In this document: one piece after another, positions 12,728-25,385 of the stretch
Layout: every line of letters begins with the position of its first letter
How positions within the stretch are numbered: the stretch's first letter is position 1
Assembly (NCBI GenBank): GCA_964016885.1
Contig: OZ024745.1
Coordinates: 14,384,001-14,448,000, forward strand
DNA length: 64,000 bases
DNA from: Eledone cirrhosa
Lineage: Eukaryota
Reading direction: 5' to 3'
Translations under genes and position numbers: made by a program
Notes under the pieces: model-generated
Database searches by the model: none
Told to the model about the DNA's origin: nothing
Seen by the model: only the letters and a program-made list of their open reading frames with translations

Positions 12728-13190
12728 AGTAATAATAATAAATTTGAAGACTAAAATCCAAAGAGGGCTCGATAAGGATAAATATATATCAAATATATAA
12801 GAACCGTAGAGCAAATATTTATTAAAATAACAGATTAAAGTTTAAGCAAAGAATCGCTGCTTTCACACTTAACGGGATCTTCTGAAACTAACAAAGTCAA
12901 TCTGTGAACGCAGAAGTAAATATTTCAAAAAACGTTGCAACCGGAAGAAGACAGGAAGACGATACTTTGGTTCGTGGAAACGTTCCCTAGCAAAGAACGG
13001 GAAAAACGAAGATAATGACGTATTATCTTCGTTTTTCCCTTCATTGCCAGAGAACGTCTCTATGAACCACCTGATAGAATATTAATCTACGACTTCTTTT
13101 ATACCATAAACGTGGTTTTGTCTTTGCGTGTAATTGTTTTTCACCGCTCCAAATAACGTATTATATTCGTATAGCAGAAGACGCGGAAAT
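12728..13190 (-). mobile_element. PLE 3'-end fragment with internal inversion, family of 47741-49390
   Basis: 12728-13017 is near-identical to 47741-48030. The sequence then folds back (centre about 13019, GATAATGACGTATTATC) into the inverse of about 48045-48170. Confidence 0.75.
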
Positions 13191-13194
13191 ACAT

Positions 13195-15772
13195 ATATAC
13201 CAAAGTATACTGTATTTCATTCGGACAGGAAGGCGAGAACTCATGGTGGGATTTCCCTGTACATCCGTGAAGATGTCACACCCATTGTACGGTTGACACA
13301 TTCCCACTCAGTGTGTGACATAGGGATAGTACATATGAAGCAACTGAAAATGGTGATATGTGTCACATATCGGCCACCCGACGCCCCTATTCATGAAGGT
13401 AAGTTTGAAGAAAGCCTCAGAAGGATGGAAGAAGTTTTTGACAAACTGGATCATAGTTTAAACATTCTGCTGCTGGGAGACTTTAACCTACCAAAGGTCA
13501 AATGGCCTGAGGGCCACCTCCTCCCTGGAATGACATCACTCGAGCAGAGACAGACAGAGGCCCTACTGGCCCTCACAGAAAGGCTGTTCATGAAACAAGC
13601 AGTACTCCTCCCAACAAGAGGCGAGAATGTCCCGGATCTCTGCTTTACAAATAACGTAGTGCTAATGCACAATGTAAAGGTGACACCAAAGATTTCCTCG
13701 GATCATAACTTAGTAGAACTAATAATATGCCATAAGTTTGTCCCGGAGAAAAAGGCCAACGGACATAGAAATCTTATTCCCAGAGACAGAAAAATCTTTA
13801 TGAGACAAGGAACTAAGCTCTCAAACCAGTTTAATGCACAACAGAACAGAAGAACAAGAAGGAACCTTATCTGAAATAGGCACTACTTGAAATTGAAACT
13901 GAACTCAAACTTTCCCATGAGAAAGAGAGGGAAGAGAGAGAAGCCAGGGCCATAGAAAATATTAAATCAAACCCTAAGGCCTTCTTTAAATTTGGAAATG
14001 AAAATGCCTCGGTACACTGCAGGATTGGGCCACTCTTCCATAAAAATGGTTCATTAACTGAGGATTCCCAAGGGATAAATGAAATACTGAATGAACAGTA
14101 CAAAAGTGTGTTCACACCCTCAGTGAGAGGCAAGCAAATAAATCCAGAGGATTCCTTTGATGCCATAACACTTCACGAGGAAATGGCGACCATCAACCAC
14201 ATAGACATAATGGAGGAAGATGTGATATTTGCCATAGAAGAAATTAGAACAAACTCAGCTGCTGAACCTGATGGATTTCCAGCAGTCCTCTTAAAAACAT
14301 GTAAGCGTGCCTTAGCGGAACCACTGACGACCCTCTTCAGAAGCTCCTTGGCTACTGGTAAACTACCCAGTGAGCTGAAATAAGGCACAATATGCCCTAT
14401 CCATAAATGAGGAAGCAGAGCGGAGGCCAAACATACAGGCCGGTCTCCCTGACATCACATTCCACCAGAAAGAAACTGATCACGTTCCTCGAAGAAAGTA
14501 ACCGCCTAACTAGCACACAGAATGGCTTTCATCAAGGAAGAAGCTGCCTTACACAGCTGTTACAACACTATGACTGGGTACTGAAACAACTGATGGACGG
14601 CTCACATGTGGACGTGATATATCTTGACTTTGCGAAGGCCTTTGACAAGGTCGACTATGGAATAATATGTCACAAACTACACCCACTCGGCATAATTGGA
14701 AAAGTAGGTGAGTGGCTGCTTGATTTCTTAAAAGACAGAAGCCAGACAGCTGCTCCAATGGGGCCATCTCAAAGGAAACATCAATAACAAGTGGAGTGGC
14801 CCAGGGCACAGTTTTGGGAGAACTACTGTTTTTAGTGGCTCTCCCAGACATGCCTTCTGTAGTACATACAACATCCCGCAATAGCTATACTGTTGACACA
14901 AAGGTAGCACAAGCAATAAAAAAACCGGCTGATGCTGTCATTTTACAACAAGATCTGGATGCCATATACAAATGGGCCAAGGTGAACAACATGCAGTTCA
15001 ATGCTGGAAAATTTCAAGCCCTACAATACCAACCTGTTAACACAACGACAGTACAACACAGCTACACCGGACCAGGAAGGATCGAAATCACTGTGTCGAA
15101 ATCGACACTAGACCTGTGGATAGACAGGAGCGACGATGCATCTTTTTCTTCATACATCATGAGGGTAGCGACAATGTGCAGACGAGTCGCTGGTTGGATG
15201 TTGAGGACTTTCCGGACAAGAGACCGAGAGACCATGTTGACACTATGGAGGACAGTTGTCCTACGCCAACTGGACTACTGGGAGAGGCTAAAAGAACTGA
15301 AACTTTACTCCTTGGAACGAAGACGGGAGAGATATGCAATGATATACATATGGAAACTCTTGAAGGGACTAGCACCAAACTTTGGCATTGAGAGCTGGGC
15401 CAACCCCCGGGCAGGACGTCACTGTGCCAAAGGTCCCGTCTTTCACATCTAGAATAAGGAGCAGATATTGAAATAGTCTGGGGTTCAAAGGCCCTCAACT
15501 CTTCAACAAGCTGCCAAGAAATTCGAGACATCTGCATGGTTTGGATGTGGATGTTTTCAAGAAACATCTCGACAACTGCTATCCTGGAAAACGGATGAGC
15601 CCACAGCACATTACGAAGGTAACATAAGGGCAGCAGCAACGAACTCCCTCTTACACCGATGGCTAGCCAGCACAGGCTGAAGATAGAACGTGTAGCAACA
15701 AGGGCGGTACCCTCGCATGGCCTCAGGCGGATGGATGGAACAAGTGAAATTAAAAGTAAAAGTAAAAGTATA
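13195..15772 (+). mobile_element. decayed CR1-group LINE ORF2 (APE endonuclease + reverse transcriptase), frameshifted and internally deleted
   Basis: APE motifs GGISLYI, YRPPD, LLGDFNLP, SDHNLV. RT motifs YRPVSLTS, NGFHQGRSC, YLDFAKAFDKV, GVAQGTVLG, degenerate YTVDTK. C-terminal YWERLKELKLYSLERRRER. (AAAGTA)3 tail at about 15753-15770. Confidence 0.9.
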
Positions 15773-15785
15773 TAAAGACACGTGG

Positions 15786-15872
<87 letters not shown>

Positions 15873-16284
15873 TTAAAACCATGAAATAAAAAATCAAGTC
15901 ATTAGAGATATACTTCACTGCTTTACGATCGTTTCTAGGTGATGATAATACATTGTAGCTATACTCCGTTATTGATCTATATAAGGTTAGTTACAAAATA
16001 TCAGATAAAGAGAATATTTACTTACATGCATATCACCAGCTGTTTTCAAAAGCAATAATAAATTTATTCAGAATTAGTAGTATGTTAGTATCATGTTCTT
16101 ATTTGGAGGGAGTTTAAGAACTAACCAATCAAATTGTTTTTTTCATATGGTGTTAAGATGAAAAGTAAAACAGTTTAGTTGAGGTCATGACCCTTTGAAA
16201 GGAATGGTTGAATGGTGTTAATAGTAAAAGGGTGAAAGCAGCGATTCTTTGCTTAAACTTTAATCTGTTATTTTAATAAATAAA

Positions 16285-16719
16285 TATATATATATATATA
16301 TATATGTAGGAGGTGAGTTTTATTGTAGTACAATAAAGCAATGCAGATATCGGATAAGAAGCACTCTACAGTTTGTAGGACTGGAGTATGCATAATATAA
16401 GATCAAAAGATGGTTAAAGGAGTTCCATATATTTTATTATGCGCATTTCAAAAACAAACATCATCATGCAATAATATTTGTGTTTTCATCAGATAAAACA
16501 GGAGGACATGATATGAAGGCTAAAAAACACTTGTGGATAGTGCAGTTTTAAATCAACATATGTTGATTTAAAACTGCATTATCCACAAGTGTTTTTTAGC
16601 CTTCATATCATGTTCTCCTGTTTTATCTGATGAAAACACAAATATTATTGCATGATGATGTTTGTTTTTGAAATGCGCATAATAAAATATATGGAACTCC
16701 TTTAACCATCTTTTGATCT

Positions 16720-16727
<8 letters not shown>
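16285..16727 (-). mobile_element. (TA)n-bounded unit: 336-bp near-perfect palindrome (16392-16727) plus about 105-bp tail, with one HHR per arm
   Basis: Centre 16559/16560, 168-bp arms, two mismatches seen. Confidence 0.85.
16621..16687 (+). ncRNA. type I hammerhead ribozyme (mirror copy on - at 16432-16498)
   Basis: TTTTAT-CTGATGA-[36-nt hairpin AAACACAAATATTATTGCATGATGATGTTTGTTTTT]-GAAA-TGCGCATA-ATAAAA. Confidence 0.8.
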
Positions 16728-16806
<79 letters not shown>

Positions 16807-16807
16807 C

Positions 16808-16882
<75 letters not shown>

Positions 16883-16906
16883 TATTTATTAATTTATTTA
16901 TATATG

Positions 16907-17053
<147 letters not shown>

Positions 17054-17379
17054 ATTTATTTATTAAAATAACAGATTAAAGTTTAAGCAAAGAATCGGTG
17101 CTTTCACCTTTATCGAGTCCTCTTTGGATTTTAGTCTTCAAATTTATTATTATTACTATATATATATATATATTCTGAATTTGTTTAGTAAGATTCTTTA
17201 TCTGAAAACGTGTGTTGAAACCGATATTGTTATACTTTACGAGGGTCATGTTGCCAATAAGAAACACACGCACCAGTTGCTTTCACTTCAATTTATTATA
17301 AATTAAATTTATAAATTTAGGAATTTATAAATTTCCGGTTGGTTGGTTGGTTCCACAACCAGATGATTGTTCATATATT

Positions 17380-17422
17380 GTCAAAGTTCTTTCGTCACAC
17401 ATTCTGTGACCCCTTCAGTGAC
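17380..17422 (-). ncRNA. degenerate hammerhead motif in the 3'UTR of the 17632-18060 PLE
   Basis: GTCA-CTGAAGGG-GTCACA-gaatg-TGTGAC-GAAAGAACTT-TGAC. A9 is altered. Confidence 0.45.
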
Positions 17423-17631
17423 CGGGGATTCTTTTCTTTGTTTTTGTGCCTCTCCTTTGTTCTGTCCTACGCCATCTTGTTTTTGTGTGTGTTGTGTGCT
17501 TAGTTTGCGCATGTGTTACATCCGGGTGTCTGTGTGTGTTTATATTTGTTTATTTATTTGTTTATTTACATGTTACTGGTTGGTAGTTTGTTCTATGTGT
17601 GTGTTGTTCTATGTGTGTTTTCATTTTGTCC

Positions 17632-18060
17632 TTAATTGTAAGTTGTGATGTTGCTGTTCCATTCATATTTTCTATTTAATTTTGGTTGGAGTTCATTTAT
17701 GTTTATTGCCTCTGTGATTTGTCTAAACATTGCGTCTTTTCTGTATGTAGATTCTATTTTTATTTCTATGTTCTCTAATTTACACTTATGTTCTATTTTA
17801 GCATGGTGGTGCAGTACAGATGATTCTTTACTATCTTGAAGCTCTCGCCAGTGTTCATTTATCCGTTCCCCCATACTACGAGCTGTCTCACCTATGTACA
17901 CTATATTTTTATCTCTACATTGTCCTTCAGTACATCTTATGCTATATACTACATTTCTATTTTTACAGTTAATATGGGGGCTTAATTTACAGATTATACA
18001 TTTCTTATCTATACAGGAAGGTCTTTGAAAAGGGTATGTATTGTTAATAAGTGTTTTTAT
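17632..18060 (-). pseudogene. 5'-truncated PLE GIY-YIG endonuclease of CCHH (non-Naiad) type
   Basis: The frame extends upstream of the called ORF: PFQRPSCIDKKCIICKLSPHINCKNRNVVYSIRCTEGQCRDKNIVYIGETARSMGERINEH...H..RQITEAINI..LNRKYEW. Confidence 0.85.
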
Positions 18061-19217
18061 GGAGGTAACTTCTTACTATATATCGTAAGAAGTTGACGGG
18101 ACCAGCTTAAGATTCAGTGCTAGTACCGGTTGCACATATATATATATATATATATATCGGATGAAGTTTGTTTACTGAAATCTCTCTCTCTATCTCTCTC
18201 CCTCTCTCTCTCTCCCTCTCTCTCTCTCTCTCTATGTATGTACGTATGTATGTACGTATGTACGTATGTATGGTTGTATGCAGACATGCATGTATATATG
18301 TATGTCTTTCGGGCCGTTGCTTGATTGATGTATTTAACCTAGTAATACCCATCTGTCTCCCTATTCCATTACTTGTCAGTGTAATTATTTTGTTTAAAGT
18401 TTCATAACGTGGTGCATACACTGGAAATACAAATTTGTATTAAGAATTAATGACCATCTTAAAATCACAAAAAACTAGTTAACAATTAAAAGATGTAATG
18501 AAGAAACATTGATCCTGAGGCGAAGAAATTTAAAGCTGTTCAGGACTGCAAAGAAAATTAAAGATAAGAACCACTGAATTGTAAATCTATTTTTTTTTCT
18601 TCATATACTTTTAGCTGTTAGAAGGCCAATTCAAGTTATTGGCCATGCGTGAAGTCTGTGTCTATGAAAGCTCTGTAAGAAAACGAAGAATGATTTTATA
18701 CTGCAGACGAAAAATAGATAAAATTATAGAGAAATTCGAATAAATAATATTTAAAAAAAAAACGAAAAATGTTTCGGTGTGATAAATCGAAATATACATT
18801 ATTAAAATACAAATCATGTCTTGAAATGAATGGAAAATTTGAAGTGGAAACTTGAAACTTCACCAGAACTAGTTTGCCAGAGGAATGTCTATATGACATA
18901 ACAAGAAGATGAAAAAATGAAAAAGAAAAATCACAGAGAAATGGCGGGGGTTTAAATGGAGGCAACAATGTGGCGGAGAGATTAAATATGGATGACATCA
19001 CAAAAATCATGATTAGAATTCGGGTTTGCCATAATTGGGTAATATGTGTAAAACATCTCCCCAAATATTCCAGCCAAAAAATTGTTCTTGGTTTTATGAA
19101 TCAAGATTTTGGTGTAAACGTTAAAATCAAAAAGAAAGGTAAAATTACGACGAGAAACGTGGTACAAGTTTCTAAGTACTAATACCAGTAATACATAGCG
19201 ACACCACACTACTACTA

Positions 19218-19845
19218 ATAATGGTTTCTACTTTAGGCACAAGTCCAGCAATTACCCAGTGCATTACTGGTACTTTATTTTATCGACCCCGTAAGGATGA
19301 AAGGCAAAGTCAACCTCGGCGGGATTTGAACTCAGATCGTAAAGGGACGTAACTATGCTGGAAAGCATGGCGTCCGACCCTCTACCGATACTGCCAATCC
19401 ACCGCCCTCTAATAATGGTTTCTGATTTAGGTACGAAATCAATTTTGATGGAGGCGAATGTCGATTAAATCAACCCCAATGCGATACTGGTACTTTATTC
19501 TATCAACCCTGTAAGGATGAAAGGCAAAGCTTACTTCGGCGGTATTACTTAAAGTGACGACACACCATTTTGTCCGACGCTCTACCAATTCTGCTAATAC
19601 ACTACCCCTTTATACTACTGCTAATAATGATTTCTTATTTAGGCACAAGGCAAATAATGTTGATTGAGGGGAAAGTTGATTAAATCGACGCCAGTGCATT
19701 ACTGGTATTTTATTCTATCAACCCCATAAGGATGAAAGACAAAGCTAATCCCAACAGAATTTGAACTCAGACGTAAAGGGACTTAACTATATGCCCCAAA
19801 GCATGTTTCCGACGCTCTAGCAATTCTGCTAAAACACTACTCCTT
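19218..19845 (-). mobile_element. three tandem SINE family A copies
   Basis: Units at about 19218-19408, 19411-19610 and 19623-19845. Each begins on + with AATAATG.TTTCT..TT.AGG.AC (reverse of the 3' end) and contains TACTGGTA.TTTATT.TATC.ACCC. Confidence 0.85.
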
Positions 19846-20879
19846 TATGCTACTACTAATAATAATATTCTATGGAGAATGTAGTGGATTACAAAAAAAC
19901 TCACATGTTCACAATTCCATGACTGAATTCTTAAAGTAATAAACCTCTATGGGTTCTATGGGGAAAACAAAGAGGAAAAAGCATATGTTTGCGCTTACAC
20001 ACAAATACACTTCTTCGCATCGAAGAGAATGACAATCACCTGAATAGCAAACATTTAAGCATGAAATACGTTCACAAAAGACATTCTGTTTCTCTTCCAT
20101 CGCTGCCACAATTTTATCTGCTAAACTAGCTAACTGTTTAAGCTCGCCATTCAGGCTCAGCTGTGCTGACATATCAAACCAATGTTTTCTCTCACCTGAC
20201 TCTTGCTGTGTATTCCCAAATACCGTAGGCAGAACTGGCAAGCCGCAGGATTCTCAACCCACCTTTATTACTCTGAACTAATACCTGTTAAGATAATTGG
20301 AAGTAAAAGTCAGTAACTTTTACGTCCCAATTCTGCGATAAATTTAGACTGAATTCCCGCGATTTAATGCCTAAATATTTATTTATTTAAGCCTTTGAGC
20401 ATAATTACTTCATTTACTAAGGATTACATATATATTTGCTACATCGACAGCACAGCATTAAATGCTTTCTTTAAATAAATGATTAACTGACAACTTGTTA
20501 AGAATGGCGTCTTCGTCGATTTCAGTGGTAAGATTTCTCTTGATCTACGATCAATTGAACGATCCTACTTGTTAAATTAACGAGTATTCTGCAGACGTAA
20601 TTCCAAAGTCGAAACAGCTTGATCTCGCAATTGCGAAGTGAACTGCTTAACCTCTCAGACATACTTCCGTTCGCTAGTTAAGATCTTTCCTGGAAAATAT
20701 ATCTAGCAACAAGAAAGCTGGATTGAGCGATACAGTTTTTAGGTGTATCCGATGCTATGTGCCACAATTGTATTGCGCGCGCGCACACACACACGCACAT
20801 ATACACTCACACATGCACACGCGCATGTTCACACACACATGCACACAAACATATGCACACACACATACACACATATACA

Positions 20880-21105
20880 TTGGAAGTGAATTGACAGACT
20901 CGTTAGAATGTCGGATGAAATATTTTGAAGTATTTTATTCCCGCTTTTTACGTTTTGACTAAAAATCCTGCCAAAGTCAACTTCTCTTTTCCTCCTGATC
21001 CTGAGGTAAGTAAAATAAAGTATAATCCAAGTAATGGGTCCGATTTAATCAATGCCCCATCTCTTCAAACTGACGGTTTCGTGTCTAAATTAAAACTGGT
21101 TATTG
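20880..21105 (+). mobile_element. SINE family A, old copy
   Basis: TTGACAGACTCGTTAGA.., AAATCCTGCCAAAGTCAACTT, TAAAATAAAGTA, TCTAAATTAAAACTGGTTATT. Confidence 0.6.
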
Positions 21106-21254
21106 TCATGTATATCTTGAGATCTAACTGCATCAGAACCACTGATTGTCAACAAGGCTGGCTATATTATGTGTTGGTTAGGTTCAGATATTCTTAACAG
21201 CAACCATATCTTTCGATTGCATGTATTATTGGATTTGTTGTAGTATAAGTTCCG

Positions 21255-21545
21255 TTGGAGTAGGAAATGCACCTCCATCGGTGTTACCGATGAGTGTTCC
21301 AGTTGTTCCAGGAATGGGCTGCTTGTGAAATTAACCATATCATAATTCTCAGGGAGATTCAACGTGACAAGGATTACAGGTACAGTCCACCCGATTGGCT
21401 CTCAGTTTCTGCTTACCCAGTTTCACTGACAATGCTTGGGTCGAACCGAGGCTATGGTAAATGACACTGGCCCAAGTGTGAATGCAGGGGGATTGAACGC
21501 GTGACCTTTTGATTTAGATGTAAAGTTGTTAACCATAAGGCAATG
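21255..21545 (-). mobile_element. SINE family B, diverged
   Basis: Similarity to 8578-8870. Confidence 0.55.
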
Positions 21546-23277
21546 CTTATTCCTATAAGTTTCATTGTTTCTGTTTATTGTATAATAATTTAAAAGCGGG
21601 AAAGTGTTGGCATATTTCATAAAAAAACAACAAAACTAATGAACCATTTAAATATATTTGAATGGGAAATCTAAACATATAAGGTAGGAAACCAACGCAG
21701 ATGTTTGGGCATATTTGTAACAATTCTGTATATTGTTCAAGAATTATAGGAATCCTATGTTTTCTAACATATTTCTTCTTTTTATTGGTTTCACTTATTG
21801 GACTGAGACCAAGGTAGGGTCCTAACATTCCGTATATTCCCTATAAAACCATAAATGCTTCTATACTCATCCATCACTTCCTTAATAGTTACACATAAAT
21901 TTGAGACTATATTTAAAACAAGTTTTAGAATATTCAACTTTGAATTACAAATAAATGAAGAGTGTTTATTTGTGTTAAAGTTACTATATTTTACATGTTT
22001 GAAACAATTTTGGCATTTTCATTTTGTATATAATTGTCATTTGTTATGGCTATTGATGGTTTGTTGAAAATAGAAATCATTTCGTTGTATTTACATTTAT
22101 ATTTATATTAAATATAAATTTATTCATGTTAGAATTTCCATGAAAATCACTCATTTATTTTCTCTCCTAATTAGAATAATCATCTTCTCTTCCTTTCCTT
22201 CTTTTTGATCTCCATTAATCATTTCAAATTTAGTCTCGGAAAATATTCAGTGTCCCGCACGTATTTTGATGGAAGTATTTATTTAAAGCTATATATGCAA
22301 GCCACTTATGAAAATATAAACTAGAAAATATAGTAAATAATGGGTTTTATATATTCACTTCAGAGTATGCATTTATGAAATACAAGAAACTAAATAACTG
22401 AGGCTCTTAAAAGCATTTACATTTCACATAGATTCGCAGATATCGCTATGAATCTATACACTTTTTTCACACTGTCCAATTTTCCAGCATGTTCATTTTC
22501 TATTCATTATGTGCAAAAAGCAGTAAATAGGATGCACAATCAATAAACATGGCACTAATTGCACTAACTCTGCAAATTCCTGCATTCCAGTATCCAATAT
22601 CAATAAGAACATGTATTTGGTTGTAAAATAAAGGTTGAAGCGAATACATATACATATATATATTTAGATAGATAAATGGCAAGTGTGTGTACGTGTGAAG
22701 GAGAAATAACGAGAGGAACAGAGATAAAGAAACAAATAGATATGGAAGGGAACAGGGAAAAGAAAAGGATACAGATAGATATAGAGGAAAGAGAAGAAGA
22801 TTGGGAATTGTGAGAAATTTGATATTTATAGTGAAATGTTAGTAAAGGCAAAACATTGTTGATGTATCTGAAATGCTATTATCGACATAACTATGCCGCA
22901 TCACTGAAATTATATTAACTGAGGCTACTCAGTGTGTAGTGTAGGAATGCTTGATATTCAACTAGCAATTACATGTATGAAGAGAGAAAAAGTGACAGAG
23001 AACATAAGATTAGCAATTGCTTTGCCACAAAGTAAATAGGTTTCCATATGAGCTGATACACATTTGTTATGCAGGTATATCTATATATGTAACCAAAACT
23101 CCAAATAATATTTAAATCAATCTAAAACGATAGTAACATCTTTAAAACAACAACTTTATTATAATTTAATAAAAAAACAATCTTTACTCAAAACAAAGTG
23201 AAATTTGTATCATACATCTCTATTTACTGCGGTCATTTCCTGTCTTACTTCTACCTCAATATTTAAAATATATATTA

Positions 23278-23462
23278 GCGGTGGATTGGCAGTATCGGTA
23301 GAGGGTCGGACGCCATGCTTTGACGCATAGAGTTACGGTCCTTGCCATTCTGAGTTCAAATCCCACCGAGGTTTACTTTGCCTTTCATCCTTATGGGGTC
23401 GATAAAATAAAGTACCAGTAATGCACTGGGCAATTTCTGGCCCTGTTCCAAAAGTAGAAACA
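23278..23462 (+). mobile_element. full-length SINE family A with about 22-bp TSD
   Basis: GCGGTGGATTGGCAGTATCGGTAG..GAGTTCAAATCCC..GTAGAAACA. Flanks AATATTTAAA(A/T)TATATATTAGC at 23258-23279 and 23463-23484. Confidence 0.85.
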
Positions 23463-24099
23463 AATATTTAAATTATATATTAGCAATTATACCTTTAAGG
23501 AAAATACAGTTCACATACAGAAGTGGAACAAATCAAACTAATTCCACATTTCACGAGTTCATAAATCTCAATTTTACGTATATTCTCGAAGACAGTGTAA
23601 ATATTTGGTCGGCTGTGGCTAGAATGTCTCAGGAAAGAATCGCTGGACAGATTTTACGGGCGAAACCAATCGGCAGGAAAAATTAAAATGAGGGAAAAAA
23701 AATGAAAATGAAAACAAGTGGTGAAAGGGTGTGAGGCGTGTAGAGGTTGTGGTGGGTGGAGGAGGTTGGAGAGGGAGAAGGAAACAGGGGTTCCGAGTGG
23801 GAAGGGCGGAAGGTGGTGTGTGTGTATGTGTGTAGGTGTACGTGTCTGTGTATGTATGTGTGGATGTGAGTGTGAGTGTTTGGGGTAGAACGAGGTTCCA
23901 TGTGTAAATGGAGTGGGGTGTAAGTCGGTGTGTGTGTGTGCGTGTGGTGGAGAGGGGGCGTGCGGAGTCTGGAGGCAGAGTAGGTGTATGTGAGGAAACG
24001 CACGTGTGTGTGTGTGTTTTTGTGTGGTGTGTGTGGATACATGGGAATGTATAGTTGCCATCCATACGTGACAGCATATATATAGATGAAAATTTCATA

Positions 24100-25055
24100 A
24101 TAATGATGGTGGTGGTGGAGGTGGTGATAGTGGTGGTGGTGATGGTGGTGATGGTGGTGGAGGTGGTGATGGTGGTGATGGTGGTGGTGGTGATGAAGGT
24201 GATAGTGGTGGTGTTCGTGGTGGTGATGTTCGTAGTGTTGGTGATGAAGGTGGTAGTGGTGGTGGTGGTGGTGGTGGTGGTAGTGACGGTGGTGGAGGTG
24301 GCAGTGATGGCGGTGATGGTGTTGAAGCTGATGGTGGTGGTGGTGATGTGGTGGTGGTAGTGATGGCGGTGATGATGTTGAAGCTGATGGTGGTGATGGT
24401 GATGTGGTGGTGGTGGTGGTGATGGCGGTGATGATGTTGAAGCTGATGGTGGTGGTTGTGATGTGGTGGTGGTGGTGGTAGTGATGGCGGTGATGGTGTT
24501 GAAGCTGATGGTGGTGGTGGTGATGTGGTGGTGGTGGTGGTAGTGATGGCGGTGATGGTGTTGAAGCTGATGGTGGTGGTGGTGATGTGGTGGTGGTGGT
24601 GGTGGTGGTGCTGGTGGTTGTAGTAGTGATGGCGGTGATGGTGTTGAAGCTAATGGTGGTGGTGGTGATGTGGTGGTGGTGGTGGTGGTGGTGATGGCGG
24701 TGATGGTGTTGAAGCTGATGGTGGTGGTTGTGATGTGGTGGTGGTGGTGGTAGTGATGGCGGTGATGGTGTTGAAGCTGATGGTGGTGGTGGTGATATGG
24801 TGGTGGTGGTGGTAGTGATGGCGGTGATGGTGTTGAAGCTGATGGTGGTGGTGGTGATGTGGTGGTGGTGGTGGTGCTGGTGGTTGTAGTAGTGATGGCG
24901 GTGATGGTGTTGAAGCTGATGGTGGTGGTGGTGATGTGGTGGTGGTGGTGGTGATGGCGGTGATGGTGTTGAAGCTGATGGTGGTGGTGGTGATGTGGTG
25001 GTGGTGGTGGTGATGGCGGTGATGGTGTTGAAGCTGATGGTGATGGTGGTGATGT
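24100..25055. repeat. (GGT)n-derived minisatellite with a higher-order unit of about 55-75 bp
   Basis: About 12 repeats of GTGATGGCGGTGATGGTGTTGAAGCTGATG(GTG)nATGT(GGT)n. Confidence 0.9.
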
Positions 25056-25118
25056 TGACCTGAACGTTTTCCCGGTGAGTGTTTGGTCGGATGGTGAAAA
25101 AACGGGATGTTATGGGGT

Positions 25119-25199
<81 letters not shown>

Positions 25200-25200
25200 T

Positions 25201-25234
<34 letters not shown>

Positions 25235-25330
25235 CCAGTGGGGTAGGATCGTGGAATTGGTGAGGAGGAAGTAGAATATATAAAAAATAAAATAAATAAG
25301 TCAAATGTTTAAAATTTGGCTTCGTTTATT

Positions 25331-25385
25331 ACTGCTATATATATTTCAGTGACAGCCATCTTTAGCTGTGACCTCTTCAGGCAGT
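25331..25385 (-). ncRNA. type I hammerhead ribozyme
   Basis: ACTGC-CTGAAGA-GGTCACAGCT-aaagat-GGCTGTCACT-GAAA-TATATATA-GCAGT. Confidence 0.85.

Noticed and set aside
17195-17225. CTGAAAACGTGTGTTGAAAC (also at 47432) as a hammerhead
   Set aside because: C3.A8 mismatch and no consistent stem I or stem III.
19909-20284. 110-aa ORF, or an 89-nt AG/GT-bounded candidate exon (20196-20284, -)
   Set aside because: No recognisable homology and no supportable partner exons.
24055-24360. Val/Met-rich membrane-like ORF
   Set aside because: It is a translation of the GGT repeat.
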